IMG/VR virus record: IMGVR_UViG_2740892118_000012
Location: 1-46,795 of that record
Length of the DNA: 46,795 nucleotides
Direction: 5' to 3' (one strand)
DNA from: a virus
Lineage: Duplodnaviria > Heunggongvirae > Uroviricota > Caudoviricetes
The position numbers and the translations under genes are program-made. The stretch's first letter is position 1. The number at the start of each line of letters is the position of its first letter. The notes beneath the pieces were generated by a model, which was given only the letters and a program-made list of their open reading frames with translations, did no database searches and had not been told where the DNA came from. Positions 31,295 through 40,921 of this stretch are shown piece after piece.

Positions 31295-31634
31295 TATTGG
31301 CCTCCTGCATCAGGAGAAAGACAATCATGGCGGCGCGGAGAGGTCTGGTATCAAATATTGGGCTTACGCCTTTTGCATCCACACACCATTCAGTTAACTG
31401 GTCTAAGATAGAAATCCTGTATTTCTCAATAATCGGCCATGAAGCGCTCGGATCATTGCAGTAGTCAGGCAAATGATTTAATGGCTCAAAAGTTGTATCA
31501 GCATTTCCGTAATACCATTTGTTGGTGTTATTCCCTGACGTTTCCGGTTTACATGCCCAAAGTCCTTTAAAAATTATGTCTCCTACCATTCTGTTAATTT
31601 CAAAATCACTTAACTGTGAATAATCCATTGTCAT
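31287..31634 (-). CDS. Hypothetical nin-region protein (116 aa)
   Basis: ATG at 31634 overlaps NinE stop (ATGA); ORF track extends upstream to 31670. Confidence 0.5.
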   Translation of the reverse strand: MTMDYSQLSDFEINRMVGDIIFKGLWACKPETSGNNTNKWYYGNADTTFEPLNHLPDYCNDPSASWPIIEKYRISILDQLTEWCVDAKGVSPIFDTRPLRAAMIVFLLMQEANNA

Positions 31635-31807
31635 TTCCTCGCACGATGTCTTAGCCACCGGATATCCCACAGGTGAGCCGTGTAGTTGAAGGTTTTTACG
31701 TCAGATTCTTTTGGGATTGGCTTGCGTTTATTTCTGGAGCGTTTCGTTGGAAGGTATTTGCAGTTTTCACAGATGATGTCGGTGAAACTTCGTCGCTGTC
31801 TCGCCAC
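31631..31807 (-). CDS. ninE: NinE-like protein (GTG start)
   Basis: Alternate frame gives '[58 protein letters not shown]', resembling recalled lambda NinE; RBS AAGGAGGA upstream. Confidence 0.6.
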   Translation of the reverse strand: MARQRRSFTDIICENCKYLPTKRSRNKRKPIPKESDVKTFNYTAHLWDIRWLRHRARK

Positions 31808-31947
31808 ACGTCCTCCTTTTCCTGCGGTAGTGGTAACACCCCTGTTGGTGTTCTTTCACACCGGAGACACCATCGATTCCAGTAAGGTTGATTTGGTCGG
31901 AAGCGGTTATCTTCTTTGCATTCACCGCACCGATAACATCGCATCAT
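31696..31947 (-). CDS. NinD-like zinc-ribbon protein; 3' portion overlaps NinE in another frame, so the true C-terminus is uncertain
   Basis: '[34 protein letters not shown]...' (CxxC...CxxC); open frame runs 83 aa. Confidence 0.4.
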   Translation of the reverse strand: MMRCYRCGECKEDNRFRPNQPYWNRWCLRCERTPTGVLPLPQEKEDVWRDSDEVSPTSSVKTANTFQRNAPEINASQSQKNLT

Positions 31948-32816
31948 GCAGCTTCCCTCCCGAAGTCGAAATCAAGCTGCCCTCCAAATATTTCGCATGA
32001 CTCAGAACAAGAGCCGGTATCGAATCTTTTAGCTCGTACCATGTCCTGATACAGGGCTTGATAATCATTTTCTGAATACATTTTCGCGATACCGTCCAGC
32101 GACATTCTTCCTCGGTACATAATCTCCTTTGGCGTTTCCCGATGTCCGTCACGCACATGGGATCCCGTGATGACCTCATTAAAAACACGCTGCAATCCCT
32201 CCTCATCTTTGCAGGCAAGTCCGATTTTTTGCGTTGATTTTTTAATGCAGAATATGCAGTTACCGAGATGTTCCGGTATTTGCAAATCGAATGGTTGTTG
32301 CTTCCACCATGCGAGGATATCTTCCTTCTCAAAGTCTGACAGTTCAGCAAGATATCTGATTCCAGGCTTTGGCTTTAGCCGCTTCGGTTCATCAGCTCTG
32401 ATGCCAATCCACGTGGTGTAATTCCCTCGCCCGAAATGGTCATCACAGTATTTGGTGAAGGGAACGAGTTTTAATCTGTCAGTGCAGAACGCGCCGCCGA
32501 CGTATGGAGTGCCATATTTCTTTACCATATCGATAAATGGCTTCAGAACAGGCATTCGCGTCTGAATATCCTTTGGTTCCCATACCGTATAACCATTTGG
32601 CTGTCCAAGCTCCGGGTTGATATCAACCTGCAATACGGTGAGCGGTATATCCCAGAACTTCACAACTTCCCTGACAAACCGATATGTCATTGGATGTTCA
32701 CAACCTGTATCCATGAAAACGTAATGCACGTCTTTACCTGCCCGACGCTTTTGCTCCATTAGCCAGAGCAAATATGCTGACGTCCTGCCACCGGAGAAAC
32801 TAACGACATTTATCAT
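31944..32816 (-). CDS. ninC: NinC (PAPS-reductase/phosphoadenosine phosphosulfate reductase-like family)
   Basis: From ATG at 32816 '[42 protein letters not shown]...' matches recalled lambda NinC. Confidence 0.9.
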   Translation of the reverse strand: MINVVSFSGGRTSAYLLWLMEQKRRAGKDVHYVFMDTGCEHPMTYRFVREVVKFWDIPLTVLQVDINPELGQPNGYTVWEPKDIQTRMPVLKPFIDMVKKYGTPYVGGAFCTDRLKLVPFTKYCDDHFGRGNYTTWIGIRADEPKRLKPKPGIRYLAELSDFEKEDILAWWKQQPFDLQIPEHLGNCIFCIKKSTQKIGLACKDEEGLQRVFNEVITGSHVRDGHRETPKEIMYRGRMSLDGIAKMYSENDYQALYQDMVRAKRFDTGSCSESCEIFGGQLDFDFGREAA

Positions 32817-33253
32817 GCAGCCCTGTCTCCCCATCTCGCTTTCCACTCCAGAGCCAGTCGCGCTTCGTCTGACCACTTAACGCCACGCTCTGTACCGAAT
32901 GCCTGTATAAGCTCTAATAGCTCCGCAAATTCGCTTACACGCATCCTGCTGGTTGACTGGCCTATTACCACAAAGCCATTCCCGGCAAGGTTAGGAACAA
33001 CGTCCTGCTGCTTTAATGCTGCGGTAAACACACACTTCCAGCTTTCTGCATCCAGCCAGCGACCATGCCATTCAACCTGACGAGAGACGTCACCAAGGCA
33101 AGCCCAAAGCTTTCGGTTTTGGTCTAAGCTGCGGTTGCGTTCCTGAATGGTTACTACGATTGGTTTGGTTGGGTCTGGAAGAATTTGCTGTACTGCGTGA
33201 ATAGCGTTTTGCTGATGTGCTGGAGATCGAATTTCAAAGGTTAGTTTTTTCAT
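32813..33253 (-). CDS. ninB: NinB (Orf family recombination mediator)
   Basis: From ATG at 33253 'MKKLTFEIRSPAHQQNAIHAVQQILPDPTKPIVVTIQERNRSLDQNRKLWACLGD...' matches recalled lambda NinB. Confidence 0.9.
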   Translation of the reverse strand: MKKLTFEIRSPAHQQNAIHAVQQILPDPTKPIVVTIQERNRSLDQNRKLWACLGDVSRQVEWHGRWLDAESWKCVFTAALKQQDVVPNLAGNGFVVIGQSTSRMRVSEFAELLELIQAFGTERGVKWSDEARLALEWKARWGDRAA

Positions 33254-33326
33254 GACTTCCCTCTCCCCCAAATAAAAAGGCCTGCGATTACCAGCAGGCC
33301 TGTTATTAGCTCAGTGATGTAGATGG

Positions 33327-34703
33327 TCATACGTCAGCCCCTTGTGCATATCGTCTGCCACGCGCAGCAGGTGCATTTGATGCTGTGCAAATCTGTCTGG
33401 CTTCATCCTGGTCACATGCAACAAAGTGTCCGTTGCAGAACCGCTGGTAAACTGTACCAAGCGAGCCAAAACGGTTTTTCGTCACGATGATTTCAGCAAA
33501 TGGCGCGGCGCTACTGTTCTCATCATATACCGCTTCCCGATAGAGCATGATGATTGAGTCTGCGTCCTGTTCAATGCTTCCTGAATCACGCAAATCTGCG
33601 TTTGTCGGGCGTTTGTTTGGTCGCTTCTCAACATCGCGCGAAAGCTGACTCAGGGAGATAACCGGTGTTTTCAGGTCTTTCGCCATCGCCTTCAGGCTTC
33701 CGGAGATGTGAGCAATTGCGAGGTCGTTGCGGTCTGCTTTCGGCTTCTCAATCAGGCCAAGATAATCCGCCATGATGAGTGACAGGTTTGGATTTTCCTG
33801 CTTATGCCGTTCTGCGATTGAGCGTATTTCTTCGACCGATAACCGCGAAGCATCGACTACCCATACATCCAAATCTGCAAGCTGACTCATGCCGTTAGCA
33901 ACACGTGCCCAGCCCTCGTCATCCATCGATGCAGGATTTCGCAGTACGCTAACCGACATCCTCCCGGCGTTGGCAATGCTTCGCTCTGCAATCTGCAATG
34001 CGCTCATTTCCATTGAGAAAATCAATACCCCGCGCCGGACGTCAGAACCAGGAATAACGCGGCTTGCCACACCTTCGGCAATCTTCAGCGCCAGTTCGGT
34101 TTTCCCCATACCAGGACGAGCGGCGATAATCACCAGGTCTTCTGCGTTCATCCCTCCGGTGATAGCGTCAAGCTCTTCGATTCCGGTCTTCAGGGTATCT
34201 GACTCTTCTCCGTTCCTCAGACGCCTGTCAAGCGTGTCAGTGTAGTCAGTGATGATTTCCCCTAACCGTACAGGTTTAACCTCGTCACGGGGCTTTCTGA
34301 TGGCTGAAAGACGCTTTACAAGTTCATCCATCGCCTGACTCGATGCGTCGATGGTTCCGCTTTGGATTGGTTCACGCATTTCATCCATGATTTCCAGCAC
34401 CAGACGGCGGTGATAGTTATCCGCGACCATTCCGGCATATCCCTTCAGGTTTGCGGCACTCGGGCAGTTTTTGCTGGTCATCAGGATTGACGTGAAATGC
34501 TCCTCTCCGCACGCCTCGGCAACCATCAGCGCATCGATTAGGTTTCTGTTTCGCGCCTGCTTGCGGATAACCTCGAAGGCTTTCCTGTAGAGCGGAATTG
34601 AAAACGCTTCCGGCTCCAGCGTTGCCAGAACGTCGCTGGCGGTTGGTGTTAATCCACCAATCAGCAGTCCACCGATAACGCTCGCTTCGATATCCTGTTT
34701 CAT
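33327..34703 (-). CDS. Replicative DNA helicase (DnaB family; P22 gene 12-type)
   Basis: 458 aa; Walker A '[16 protein letters not shown]', DnaB-like motifs 'FSMEMS', '[10 protein letters not shown]'. Confidence 0.85.
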   Translation of the reverse strand: MKQDIEASVIGGLLIGGLTPTASDVLATLEPEAFSIPLYRKAFEVIRKQARNRNLIDALMVAEACGEEHFTSILMTSKNCPSAANLKGYAGMVADNYHRRLVLEIMDEMREPIQSGTIDASSQAMDELVKRLSAIRKPRDEVKPVRLGEIITDYTDTLDRRLRNGEESDTLKTGIEELDAITGGMNAEDLVIIAARPGMGKTELALKIAEGVASRVIPGSDVRRGVLIFSMEMSALQIAERSIANAGRMSVSVLRNPASMDDEGWARVANGMSQLADLDVWVVDASRLSVEEIRSIAERHKQENPNLSLIMADYLGLIEKPKADRNDLAIAHISGSLKAMAKDLKTPVISLSQLSRDVEKRPNKRPTNADLRDSGSIEQDADSIIMLYREAVYDENSSAAPFAEIIVTKNRFGSLGTVYQRFCNGHFVACDQDEARQICTASNAPAARGRRYAQGADV

Positions 34704-35521
34704 GCAATCCCCCTGTCTGCAAACTTCCCTTCCCGTACTCCCGTTAACGAATCTTCCCTCAGCAGGTAATCAAAATCTGCCGTCCAGCCCGTGTCGTTGT
34801 CTCCGAAGTAAAACGGCTTGGCCTGATGCACAAACGCCCTGACATACGCTCTGAAACCGTCCACGTTTGGCGTTTTCAGTTGCGGGATGATTTTCTTCAG
34901 GCGGCGTTTGCGTTTCTCGTTGACCGCAACAGCATGTGGAAGTCTGTCACCGACTTCGGTGTTGTAAGCGTTCAGGAAGGATTCGTAGTCGATTCGTTCT
35001 GCCTTGCGACGTTCAGGTTTAACCTGCCCATCGCCGCCCCCGTTAGGGGGTAAGGGGGTATTTGTATTTATTGTCTTTTGTATATTGTCTTTTGTGTTTA
35101 GCTGACTTGGCTTATACCCATTAGCCGACTTGGCTAATGTTTTATTAGCTGTTTTAGCTAATGTTAAGCTGTCCTGGCTAATCCACTGCGAAACCACCTT
35201 GTTCACTCCGATTTTCACGCCATCAGCAATGAGGAATTTACGCTCAATAAGCTGGCGCTTGGCAGCGCAAACATGAGTGTGATGAATACCTGTCATGGCT
35301 GCTATCTGCGTGTTTGTGAGTCGATCCATCGGCTTATTGAATCCGTATGTCTTGCGCATGATAGCGAGCATCACCTTCAACTGCCGGACGGTTAAATCAG
35401 CCATCAGCAGACTGTCGGTAATCTCGTTAGCAACGCGCATGAAACCATCTTCGGTATCTGCCACGCGATGCTCCACGACCTCCAGTTGAGGCCTGTAATC
35501 AGCTAACTTAACGACGCCCAT
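34700..35521 (-). CDS. Replication initiation protein (lambda O / P22 gene 18-type)
   Basis: 273 aa directly upstream of the helicase with ATGA overlap; N-terminal DNA-binding-like region; position between cII and helicase. Confidence 0.7.
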   Translation of the reverse strand: MGVVKLADYRPQLEVVEHRVADTEDGFMRVANEITDSLLMADLTVRQLKVMLAIMRKTYGFNKPMDRLTNTQIAAMTGIHHTHVCAAKRQLIERKFLIADGVKIGVNKVVSQWISQDSLTLAKTANKTLAKSANGYKPSQLNTKDNIQKTINTNTPLPPNGGGDGQVKPERRKAERIDYESFLNAYNTEVGDRLPHAVAVNEKRKRRLKKIIPQLKTPNVDGFRAYVRAFVHQAKPFYFGDNDTGWTADFDYLLREDSLTGVREGKFADRGIA

Positions 35522-35669
35522 GTTTCACTCCTGCTTTGGCTAGTCTGTAAACACCAACAAGGCGCTCTGCGAACGCCCTGTTATTTGCTGCGGCTACCAC
35601 TAATCCCTCAGGTGAATCAGGGTGTCGAATCTCTTCTTTTTCCTGGTATTTCTTACGACGTTTTGTCAT
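35510..35669 (-). CDS. Small basic ORF (53 aa) between cII and replication gene
   Basis: ATG at 35669 with RBS AGGAG 6 nt upstream; 'MTKRRKKYQEKEEIRHPDSPEGL...'; overlaps replication gene start. Confidence 0.3.
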
Positions 35670-35703
35670 AATTACTCCTGTGGATTGATCCAGTCTTTCT
35701 ACA

Positions 35704-35982
35704 TCAGGCCTCGAAGAATTCGCCGTTCTTCGGGGCTTTTTCTTTTGTCAGCATTCTGGCTACTTGCTTAGCCAGTTCCGCCAACTCCTCGTCTTCAACA
35801 CCCCATTCCAGCACAGCCAGAAGCATGGCCATCTTTGGGATAAAGCTGTCTTTCCATCGCGAAATTTGCGATTCATTGATCCCTAATGCATCAGCAACCT
35901 TTCGCTGACCACGTACAGCAATTCGATTTAGGATGTTGCTTGTAATTGCATTCGCTTTCTTGCGAGTACTTGTAAGTTGCAT
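35704..35982 (-). CDS. cII: CII-like lysogeny activator
   Basis: From ATG at 35982: '...INESQISRWKDSFIPKMAMLLAVLEWGVEDEELAELAKQVARMLT...' matches the lambda CII core (SQISRWK...LLAVLEWGV). Confidence 0.85.
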   Translation of the reverse strand: MQLTSTRKKANAITSNILNRIAVRGQRKVADALGINESQISRWKDSFIPKMAMLLAVLEWGVEDEELAELAKQVARMLTKEKAPKNGEFFEA

Positions 35983-36090
35983 ATGTAAGTATTTCCTTAA
36001 CAAATAAGAAGTTATGCGCACCAACTGATGCGCGTTGTATTCCCGCATTTCGGCGGGAATGAGGACCATGACTGTTAAAGAGCGGTGTTA

Positions 36091-36285
36091 CTATTTGTTT
36101 TTCTTGTTGCTTGGGAAAGGACGAACTTCCTCTCCAATCACACTGCCATCAGGCTTTACCGTAACCATAATGTTACGGCCTGCCAGAATGGCCTTGCTGA
36201 TAGCGCACTGGATTACACCAAAGTCACTGGCTGCTTTAGCCTGTCCATGGATTTTGGCGTAATCGGCAAGTGTCATTCGAATCAT
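36091..36285 (-). CDS. cro: Cro repressor
   Basis: '[64 protein letters not shown]' matches lambda Cro; ATG at 36285 with RBS GGAG (ORF track starts at GTG 36291). Confidence 0.85.
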   Translation of the reverse strand: MIRMTLADYAKIHGQAKAASDFGVIQCAISKAILAGRNIMVTVKPDGSVIGEEVRPFPSNKKNK

Positions 36286-36315
36286 ATGCACTCTCCGTTA
36301 TTAACCATGAACAAA

Positions 36316-36357
36316 GAATACTACAGGTATTCAAAGCAATCAATACTCAGGGTATTT
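36316..36357. promoter_or_regulatory. OR operator region: at least two 17-bp palindromic sites (GAATACTACAGGTATTC; CAATACTCAGGGTATTT) between cro and cI
   Basis: Inverted-repeat half-sites AATAC/GTATT seen directly; same family as the sites overlapping pL. Confidence 0.5.
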
Positions 36358-36391
36358 TTAGTTTAAGTACCTTAGCTATTAGAATTAAGCT

Positions 36392-37108
36392 ATGGAAAAT
36401 AAAAAATCACTGACGACAGAACAGCTCGAAGACGCTAAGCGGCTTAAGGCTTTGTATGAGTCAAAAAAGAAAGAATTGGGAATAACCCAATACTCAATCG
36501 CTGATGAACTGGGTATCACCCAAGGAGCGGTAGGGCATTATCTTAATGGCAGAAACGCGCTAAACGTTGAGGTTGCATCTGGTTTTGCACGACTGTTGCA
36601 AGTCTCAATTGCTGATTTTAGCCAGTCAATTGCTGCCAAGGTTGCAGAACAGGCAGAAAGCCTTAAGAGCGATGCCAACGTAAGGTATGCAGGGGAATAC
36701 AGAGCAGGAAAGAGGTATCCGGTGTTAAGCAGTATCCAGGCTGGCTCGTGGTGTGAAGCATGCGAACCATACACCATTAAAGACATAGATGTTTGGCTTG
36801 AGTCTGACGCGCATATTCAAGGTAATGCGTTTTGGCTTAAAGTGGAAGGTGATTCAATGACGGCACCGGTTGGGTTAAGCATTCCAGAGGGAACATTCGT
36901 TCTTTTCGATACCGGAAGGGAGGCGATCAACGGCAGCTTGGTCATAGCAAAACTTTCTGACTCTAACGAAGCAACATTCAAGAAGCTGATAATCGACGGC
37001 GGAAATAAATACCTCAAGGGACTTAATCCTGCATGGCCTCTCGTGCCAATCAATGGAAACTGCAAGATTATAGGCGTTGCAATTGAGACAAAACTAAGGC
37101 TGGTTTGA
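36392..37108 (+). CDS. cI: CI prophage repressor (HTH + LexA/S24-like autocleavage domain)
   Basis: 238 aa; N-terminal HTH 'ITQYSIADELGITQGAVGHYLNG', Ala-Gly cleavage site in 'IQAGSW', C-terminal 'GDSM...' Ser and Lys dyad region. Confidence 0.9.
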   Translation: MENKKSLTTEQLEDAKRLKALYESKKKELGITQYSIADELGITQGAVGHYLNGRNALNVEVASGFARLLQVSIADFSQSIAAKVAEQAESLKSDANVRYAGEYRAGKRYPVLSSIQAGSWCEACEPYTIKDIDVWLESDAHIQGNAFWLKVEGDSMTAPVGLSIPEGTFVLFDTGREAINGSLVIAKLSDSNEATFKKLIIDGGNKYLKGLNPAWPLVPINGNCKIIGVAIETKLRLV

Positions 37109-37125
37109 TCACGCAAGGGGCGATT

Positions 37126-37494
37126 ATGGTTGGAACCGCTATAGCAAGCTTTTTTGGGATGTTGGCAATCTCGACAATTTACGGCTTAGCGCATGCTTTT
37201 ATTGCGAAATCTCTATCAGAAAAAATAAGCCAGGCTTGGGCGCATAGATCAGCTCGTTTCATGATTCTTGTGATCATAGCAATACAAGGGATATCTGCAT
37301 TTATCCTCTATGGATCAAGCTTATACCTATTGTATCAAGGCGCGACATTTACGCCTTACACCAGTGATTACGGAACTCTATACGATGGTAGTGAAGACAT
37401 CACTGTGGCTTGGATCGTCTTTGGTTTATCTATGGCCGTGTCTGTTGTAGCAGACATCATTAAGGTAATTCTCGTCTTAACCTTCGCTGACTAA
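37126..37494 (+). CDS. Small polytopic membrane protein immediately downstream of cI (rex-equivalent position)
   Basis: ATG at 37126 with RBS AAGGGG (ORF track begins at TTG 37105 overlapping cI stop); about 4 hydrophobic segments. Confidence 0.55.
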   Translation: MVGTAIASFFGMLAISTIYGLAHAFIAKSLSEKISQAWAHRSARFMILVIIAIQGISAFILYGSSLYLLYQGATFTPYTSDYGTLYDGSEDITVAWIVFGLSMAVSVVADIIKVILVLTFAD

Positions 37495-37624
37495 CCCATA
37501 ATCCCGGCAGCAATAGCTATCGGGATCCACTTCACATATCCCGCATAAAAATCACTGAACAAGCAGACAGCGAAAAAATAAATATCCTTTGTATTCATTT
37601 GTTTATCATTATTTCATCAAAAAT

Positions 37625-37667
37625 AAATACCTTGGGTATTTACACAATAAAATACCTACAGTATTCT
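37625..37667 (+). promoter_or_regulatory. pL promoter (-35 TTTACA 37639-37644, 17-bp spacer, -10 TATTCT 37662-37667) overlapped by OL operators (AAATACCTTGGGTATTT 37625-37641; AAATACCTACAGTATTC 37650-37666)
   Basis: Promoter hexamers and palindromic operators seen directly upstream of nutL and N. Confidence 0.55.
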
Positions 37668-37713
37668 TTAGCCATCAGCAGGACGCTGGAAGCCAAACGG
37701 AACAGATTGGCAG

Positions 37714-37753
37714 GCTCTTTAACATTGATGGGATTGTCCCGCCGAAATGCGGG
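37714..37753 (+). promoter_or_regulatory. nutL-like site: boxA (GCTCTTTAA) plus boxB hairpin (CCCGC-cgaaat-GCGGG)
   Basis: boxA-like element followed about 15 nt later by a short hairpin, between pL and N. Confidence 0.45.
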
Positions 37754-37896
37754 AACCAAAGAGTAGTTGGCTTTGGGATTGGGTGAATGCGCAGGCTGAT
37801 GCGCGCAGGAGAGCTTCGGGAGAACAAGGTGCCTGTAAATAAGCCGGAGTTCAGCACCGGCCATCCAATCGCCAAAGTCAATCATCGGAGGTCAAC

Positions 37897-38196
37897 ATGA
37901 CAGTAGTCATTACATATCTGGCTGACGATAACGCCAGAAATCGCCGCAGAGCACGCAGACAGGATCAACGTGAACAGGCAATGCAAGAACAGCGACTGGC
38001 GCGAAAAATTGCGCTAAAGCTCTCTGGTTGCGTCAGAGCAGACAAAGCAGCATCACTCGGAAGCCTTCTCTGCAAGAAGACAGAAGAAGTCGAGAGTAAA
38101 CAGAATCGTATTTACTACCGCAAGCCACGCAGTGAAATGGGTGTGACTTGTGTTGGTCGCCAGAAAATGAAATTAGGCAGCAAACCACTTATTTGA
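37897..38196 (+). CDS. N: N antiterminator
   Basis: 99 aa; arginine-rich motif 'NARNRRRARRQDQREQ'; C-terminus 'YRKPRSEMGVTCVGRQKMKLGSKPLI' parallels lambda N 'YSKPGERGITCSGRQKIKGKSIPLI'; RBS GGAGG. Confidence 0.85.
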   Translation: MTVVITYLADDNARNRRRARRQDQREQAMQEQRLARKIALKLSGCVRADKAASLGSLLCKKTEEVESKQNRIYYRKPRSEMGVTCVGRQKMKLGSKPLI

Positions 38197-38204
38197 GGTG
38201 AGAT

Positions 38205-38456
38205 ATGGAGTTTCATGAAAGTGCGATTTGTGATTTTCGCGCTAACGCAAATTCAGTAAAACCACAGCCAATTGCAGTTCTTTTTAAAACAATGGGGGCG
38301 TGGGCTGTTTTATGCTTCGCCTCTGATGACACTGACGCAAGAATGGCAATAGGCCAAGAGATGGAGATGGACCCGACAAACGATGAATTCATAATTTATG
38401 GCGCTCCATCTAATTACTTACTTGATACCTGCAACATTTACAACAAGGCTGCCTGA
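38205..38456 (+). CDS. Hypothetical early-left operon protein
   Basis: 83-aa ORF co-oriented with N. Confidence 0.45.
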   Translation: MEFHESAICDFRANANSVKPQPIAVLFKTMGAWAVLCFASDDTDARMAIGQEMEMDPTNDEFIIYGAPSNYLLDTCNIYNKAA

Positions 38457-38471
38457 TGGTGGCCTTTATTT

Positions 38472-38786
38472 TTGGCACAAACAACAGAGGCTAACATGGA
38501 ATTTAAAGGTACTGAAGGTAAGTGGGAAATAATGATGGATGGCGATGAGATTAAAATCATCCAGGCAGACTCACTTGAAAATGGCGCAGGCTGGCGTTCG
38601 TATATTGCAATCTGTGAGGAAGTTCAATGCATTGAAGATGCCAATCTAATAGCGGCAGCACCAGACCTTTTAAATGCCCTGCAAGCGATGCTAAACAAGG
38701 CATACAAGCAAAACTGGAATGACCATTATCCTGATGAAGTATCGAAAGCACAGTCAGCAATCAGCAAAGCTCTTGGGGACGAATGA
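38472..38786 (+). CDS. Hypothetical early-left operon protein
   Basis: 104-aa ORF. Confidence 0.5.
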   Translation: MAQTTEANMEFKGTEGKWEIMMDGDEIKIIQADSLENGAGWRSYIAICEEVQCIEDANLIAAAPDLLNALQAMLNKAYKQNWNDHYPDEVSKAQSAISKALGDE

Positions 38787-38944
38787 TGAATAAGAAATAC
38801 ATCGTTGAAGTTATAGAGCGAGAAACGAAAGAAGTAATTAAACATTTCGAATTTGATAATTATAGAAAAGCTGACTGCGTCGAAGAAGGATTGTTGCGAC
38901 AAAGTAATCTCGAAAAATTTGATGTTGTCATGCGATGCGAATAA
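38786..38944 (+). CDS. Small hypothetical protein (52 aa)
   Basis: 'MMNKKYIVEVIERETKEVIKHFEFDNYRKADCVEEGLLRQSNLEKFDVVMRCE'; start overlaps upstream stop. Confidence 0.35.
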   Translation: MNKKYIVEVIERETKEVIKHFEFDNYRKADCVEEGLLRQSNLEKFDVVMRCE

Positions 38945-38981
38945 GCGCCTATAGCAGATTTACGAGTCTGCTATGTGAGCA

Positions 38982-39215
38982 ATGTCGCTCGTAACTAAAC
39001 AGGAGCCGACTTGTTCTGATTATTGGAAATCATTCCTTGATAGTCTTGCCGCTCTATATGGGCGGCATTCTTTTGGTCTGGAGAAAAATATGGAATACGA
39101 ATTAATGAGAGTAATTGATTTTATCAGCGCGAAATGGGCTGAATTCGAAGCATTTTGTGAAGACAACGGAGACAACCCGGACGACATCATTGATGTTCTT
39201 GAAAAGAATCAATAG
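38982..39215 (+). CDS. Hypothetical protein (77 aa)
   Basis: ORF followed by a hairpin. Confidence 0.45.
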   Translation: MSLVTKQEPTCSDYWKSFLDSLAALYGRHSFGLEKNMEYELMRVIDFISAKWAEFEAFCEDNGDNPDDIIDVLEKNQ

Positions 39216-39220
39216 CAAAT

Positions 39221-39240
39221 AGCCGCCTGTTGGCGGCTTT
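39221..39240 (+). terminator. Candidate terminator hairpin (AGCCGCC-tgtt-GGCGGCT + TTT)
   Basis: 7-bp GC-rich stem and short T-run just after the stop at 39215; weak U-tract. Confidence 0.35.
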
Positions 39241-39305
39241 ACCGCATACCAATAACGCTTCACTCGAGGCGTTTTCGTTATGCAATCAAACAGAAGGAGC
39301 ATCCT

Positions 39306-39476
39306 ATGCAACAGTTCGCTATTGCAGGGGCGGCATCGGTTCGCCCTTTCAACCCGATTTTATCGGTACAGCATTCACGAAAAAATATTTTAACCGGAGC
39401 AGACTTTAAACAACCAAGAATGAAAAGCTTGCTCGAAAAGCTTTGGGATATTTTGAAACAACAAGGCCGTCCATGA
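39306..39476 (+). CDS. Small hypothetical protein (56 aa)
   Basis: ATG with RBS GAAGGAG 6 nt upstream; below ORF-track cutoff. Confidence 0.35.
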   Translation: MQQFAIAGAASVRPFNPILSVQHSRKNILTGADFKQPRMKSLLEKLWDILKQQGRP

Positions 39477-39631
39477 GTTTTACAGATAACTGGTCAGACG
39501 AAGAATTCATTCGTCAGATGAAAGATTTAATCGGTAACGAAGGAGATATTCATGTCACTTGCAACCACAGTAAAGGAGAGCAAGTTACAGAGACGCATGT
39601 ACACGCAGAAAGCTCTCTGGTATCGCCATAA
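39473..39631 (+). CDS. Small hypothetical protein (52 aa)
   Basis: ATGA overlap with preceding ORF; 'MSFTDNWSDEEFIRQMKDLIGNEGDIHVT...'. Confidence 0.35.
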   Translation: MSFTDNWSDEEFIRQMKDLIGNEGDIHVTCNHSKGEQVTETHVHAESSLVSP

Positions 39632-39730
39632 TGGTGACCGCGAAGGAATGCGGGTATGCCTTAATTTGTCCAGAGTCGAAGTATTAAATCAGCGTTATTT
39701 CCTTGGGCTGTGTCCATTCTGAGGTGAATT

Positions 39731-40438
39731 ATGGATTTGAACAAATTCGATGAGCCATTCAGCCCTGAAGATATCGAATGGCGAATACAGCAAAGCGGTA
39801 AAACACGCGATGGCAAAGTGTGGGCTATGGTGCTGGCTTATGTCACGAACCGGGCAATCATGAAACGCCTGGACGATGTTTGCGGCAAAGCAGGATGGCG
39901 CAATGAATACCGCGATATTCCCAACAACGGCGGAGTTGAATGCGGCATATCAATCAAGATTGATTCCGAATGGGTAACCAAATGGGATGCTGCTGAAAAC
40001 ACGCAGGTAGAAGCCGTCAAAGGTGGTCGTTCAGGTGCAATGAAGCGTGCTGCCGTTCAGTGGGGAATCGGTCGGTATCTGTATAACCTTGAGGAAGGTT
40101 TCGCACAAACATCTCTCGATAAAAAGCATGGGTGGCACAGGGCAAAACTGAAGGATGGAACAGGATTTTACTGGCTCCCTCCATCACTGCCGGGATGGGC
40201 AATCCCAGCATCAGATAACAAACCATCACCAGAAAATACCAACCAGAAATCTCCATCGGTTGACTGCGAACAAATCCTGAAAGACTTCAGCGATTATGCG
40301 TCAACAGAAACTGACAAGAAAAAACTCATCGAGCGTTATCAGCGTGACTGGCAATTAATGGCTGGAAACGAGGAGGCGCAGGCTAAATGCGTTCAGGTAA
40401 TGAACATCAGAGTTAACGAGCTAAAACAGGCGGCATAA
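39731..40438 (+). CDS. Rad52/Rad22-family single-strand annealing protein (phage recombinase)
   Basis: 235 aa with '...RLDDVCGKAGWRNEY...GGRSGAMKRAAVQWGIGRYLYNLEEGFA...', reminiscent of Rad52-like SSAPs; immediately upstream of ssb. Confidence 0.55.
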   Translation: MDLNKFDEPFSPEDIEWRIQQSGKTRDGKVWAMVLAYVTNRAIMKRLDDVCGKAGWRNEYRDIPNNGGVECGISIKIDSEWVTKWDAAENTQVEAVKGGRSGAMKRAAVQWGIGRYLYNLEEGFAQTSLDKKHGWHRAKLKDGTGFYWLPPSLPGWAIPASDNKPSPENTNQKSPSVDCEQILKDFSDYASTETDKKKLIERYQRDWQLMAGNEEAQAKCVQVMNIRVNELKQAA

Positions 40439-40912
40439 ATGGCAAGCAGAGGCGTAAATAAGGTGATCATTATTGGTCGCCTTGGGCATGATCCAGAAAT
40501 CAGATATTCACCATCAGGAACGGCATTTGCAAACCTTACAGTTGCTACGTCAGAACAATGGCGTGATAAGCAAACTGGAGAGCAAAAGGAGCAGACGGAG
40601 TGGCACCGCGTGGTAATGAGCGGGAAACTGGCAGAAATTGCCAGCGAATATCTGCGAAAAGGCTCTGAGGTTTATCTTGAAGGAAAATTGCGGACAAGAA
40701 AATGGCAGGATCAAAGCGGACAGGATCGGTTCACTACCGAAGTCATCGTGGGCGTTGGTGGAACCATGCAAATGCTTGGTGGCAAGCAAGGAGGCAATGA
40801 ACAGTCTTCACCTCAGCGAAATAACGGTCAGCAACAAAGACAGCAACCTCAGCAGCAGGGAAATCACAGCGAACCACCTATGAACTTCGACGATTCGGAT
40901 ATTCCGTTCTAG
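40439..40912 (+). CDS. ssb: Single-stranded DNA-binding protein
   Basis: 157 aa; OB-fold N-terminus '[54 protein letters not shown]', Gly/Gln-rich linker, acidic tail 'DDSDIPF'. Confidence 0.9.
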   Translation: MASRGVNKVIIIGRLGHDPEIRYSPSGTAFANLTVATSEQWRDKQTGEQKEQTEWHRVVMSGKLAEIASEYLRKGSEVYLEGKLRTRKWQDQSGQDRFTTEVIVGVGGTMQMLGGKQGGNEQSSPQRNNGQQQRQQPQQQGNHSEPPMNFDDSDIPF

Positions 40913-40921
40913 GAGCTGAAT

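Noticed and set aside
31922-32350. 142-aa minus-strand ORF
   Set aside because: Alternative frame inside NinC, which matches lambda NinC along its length.
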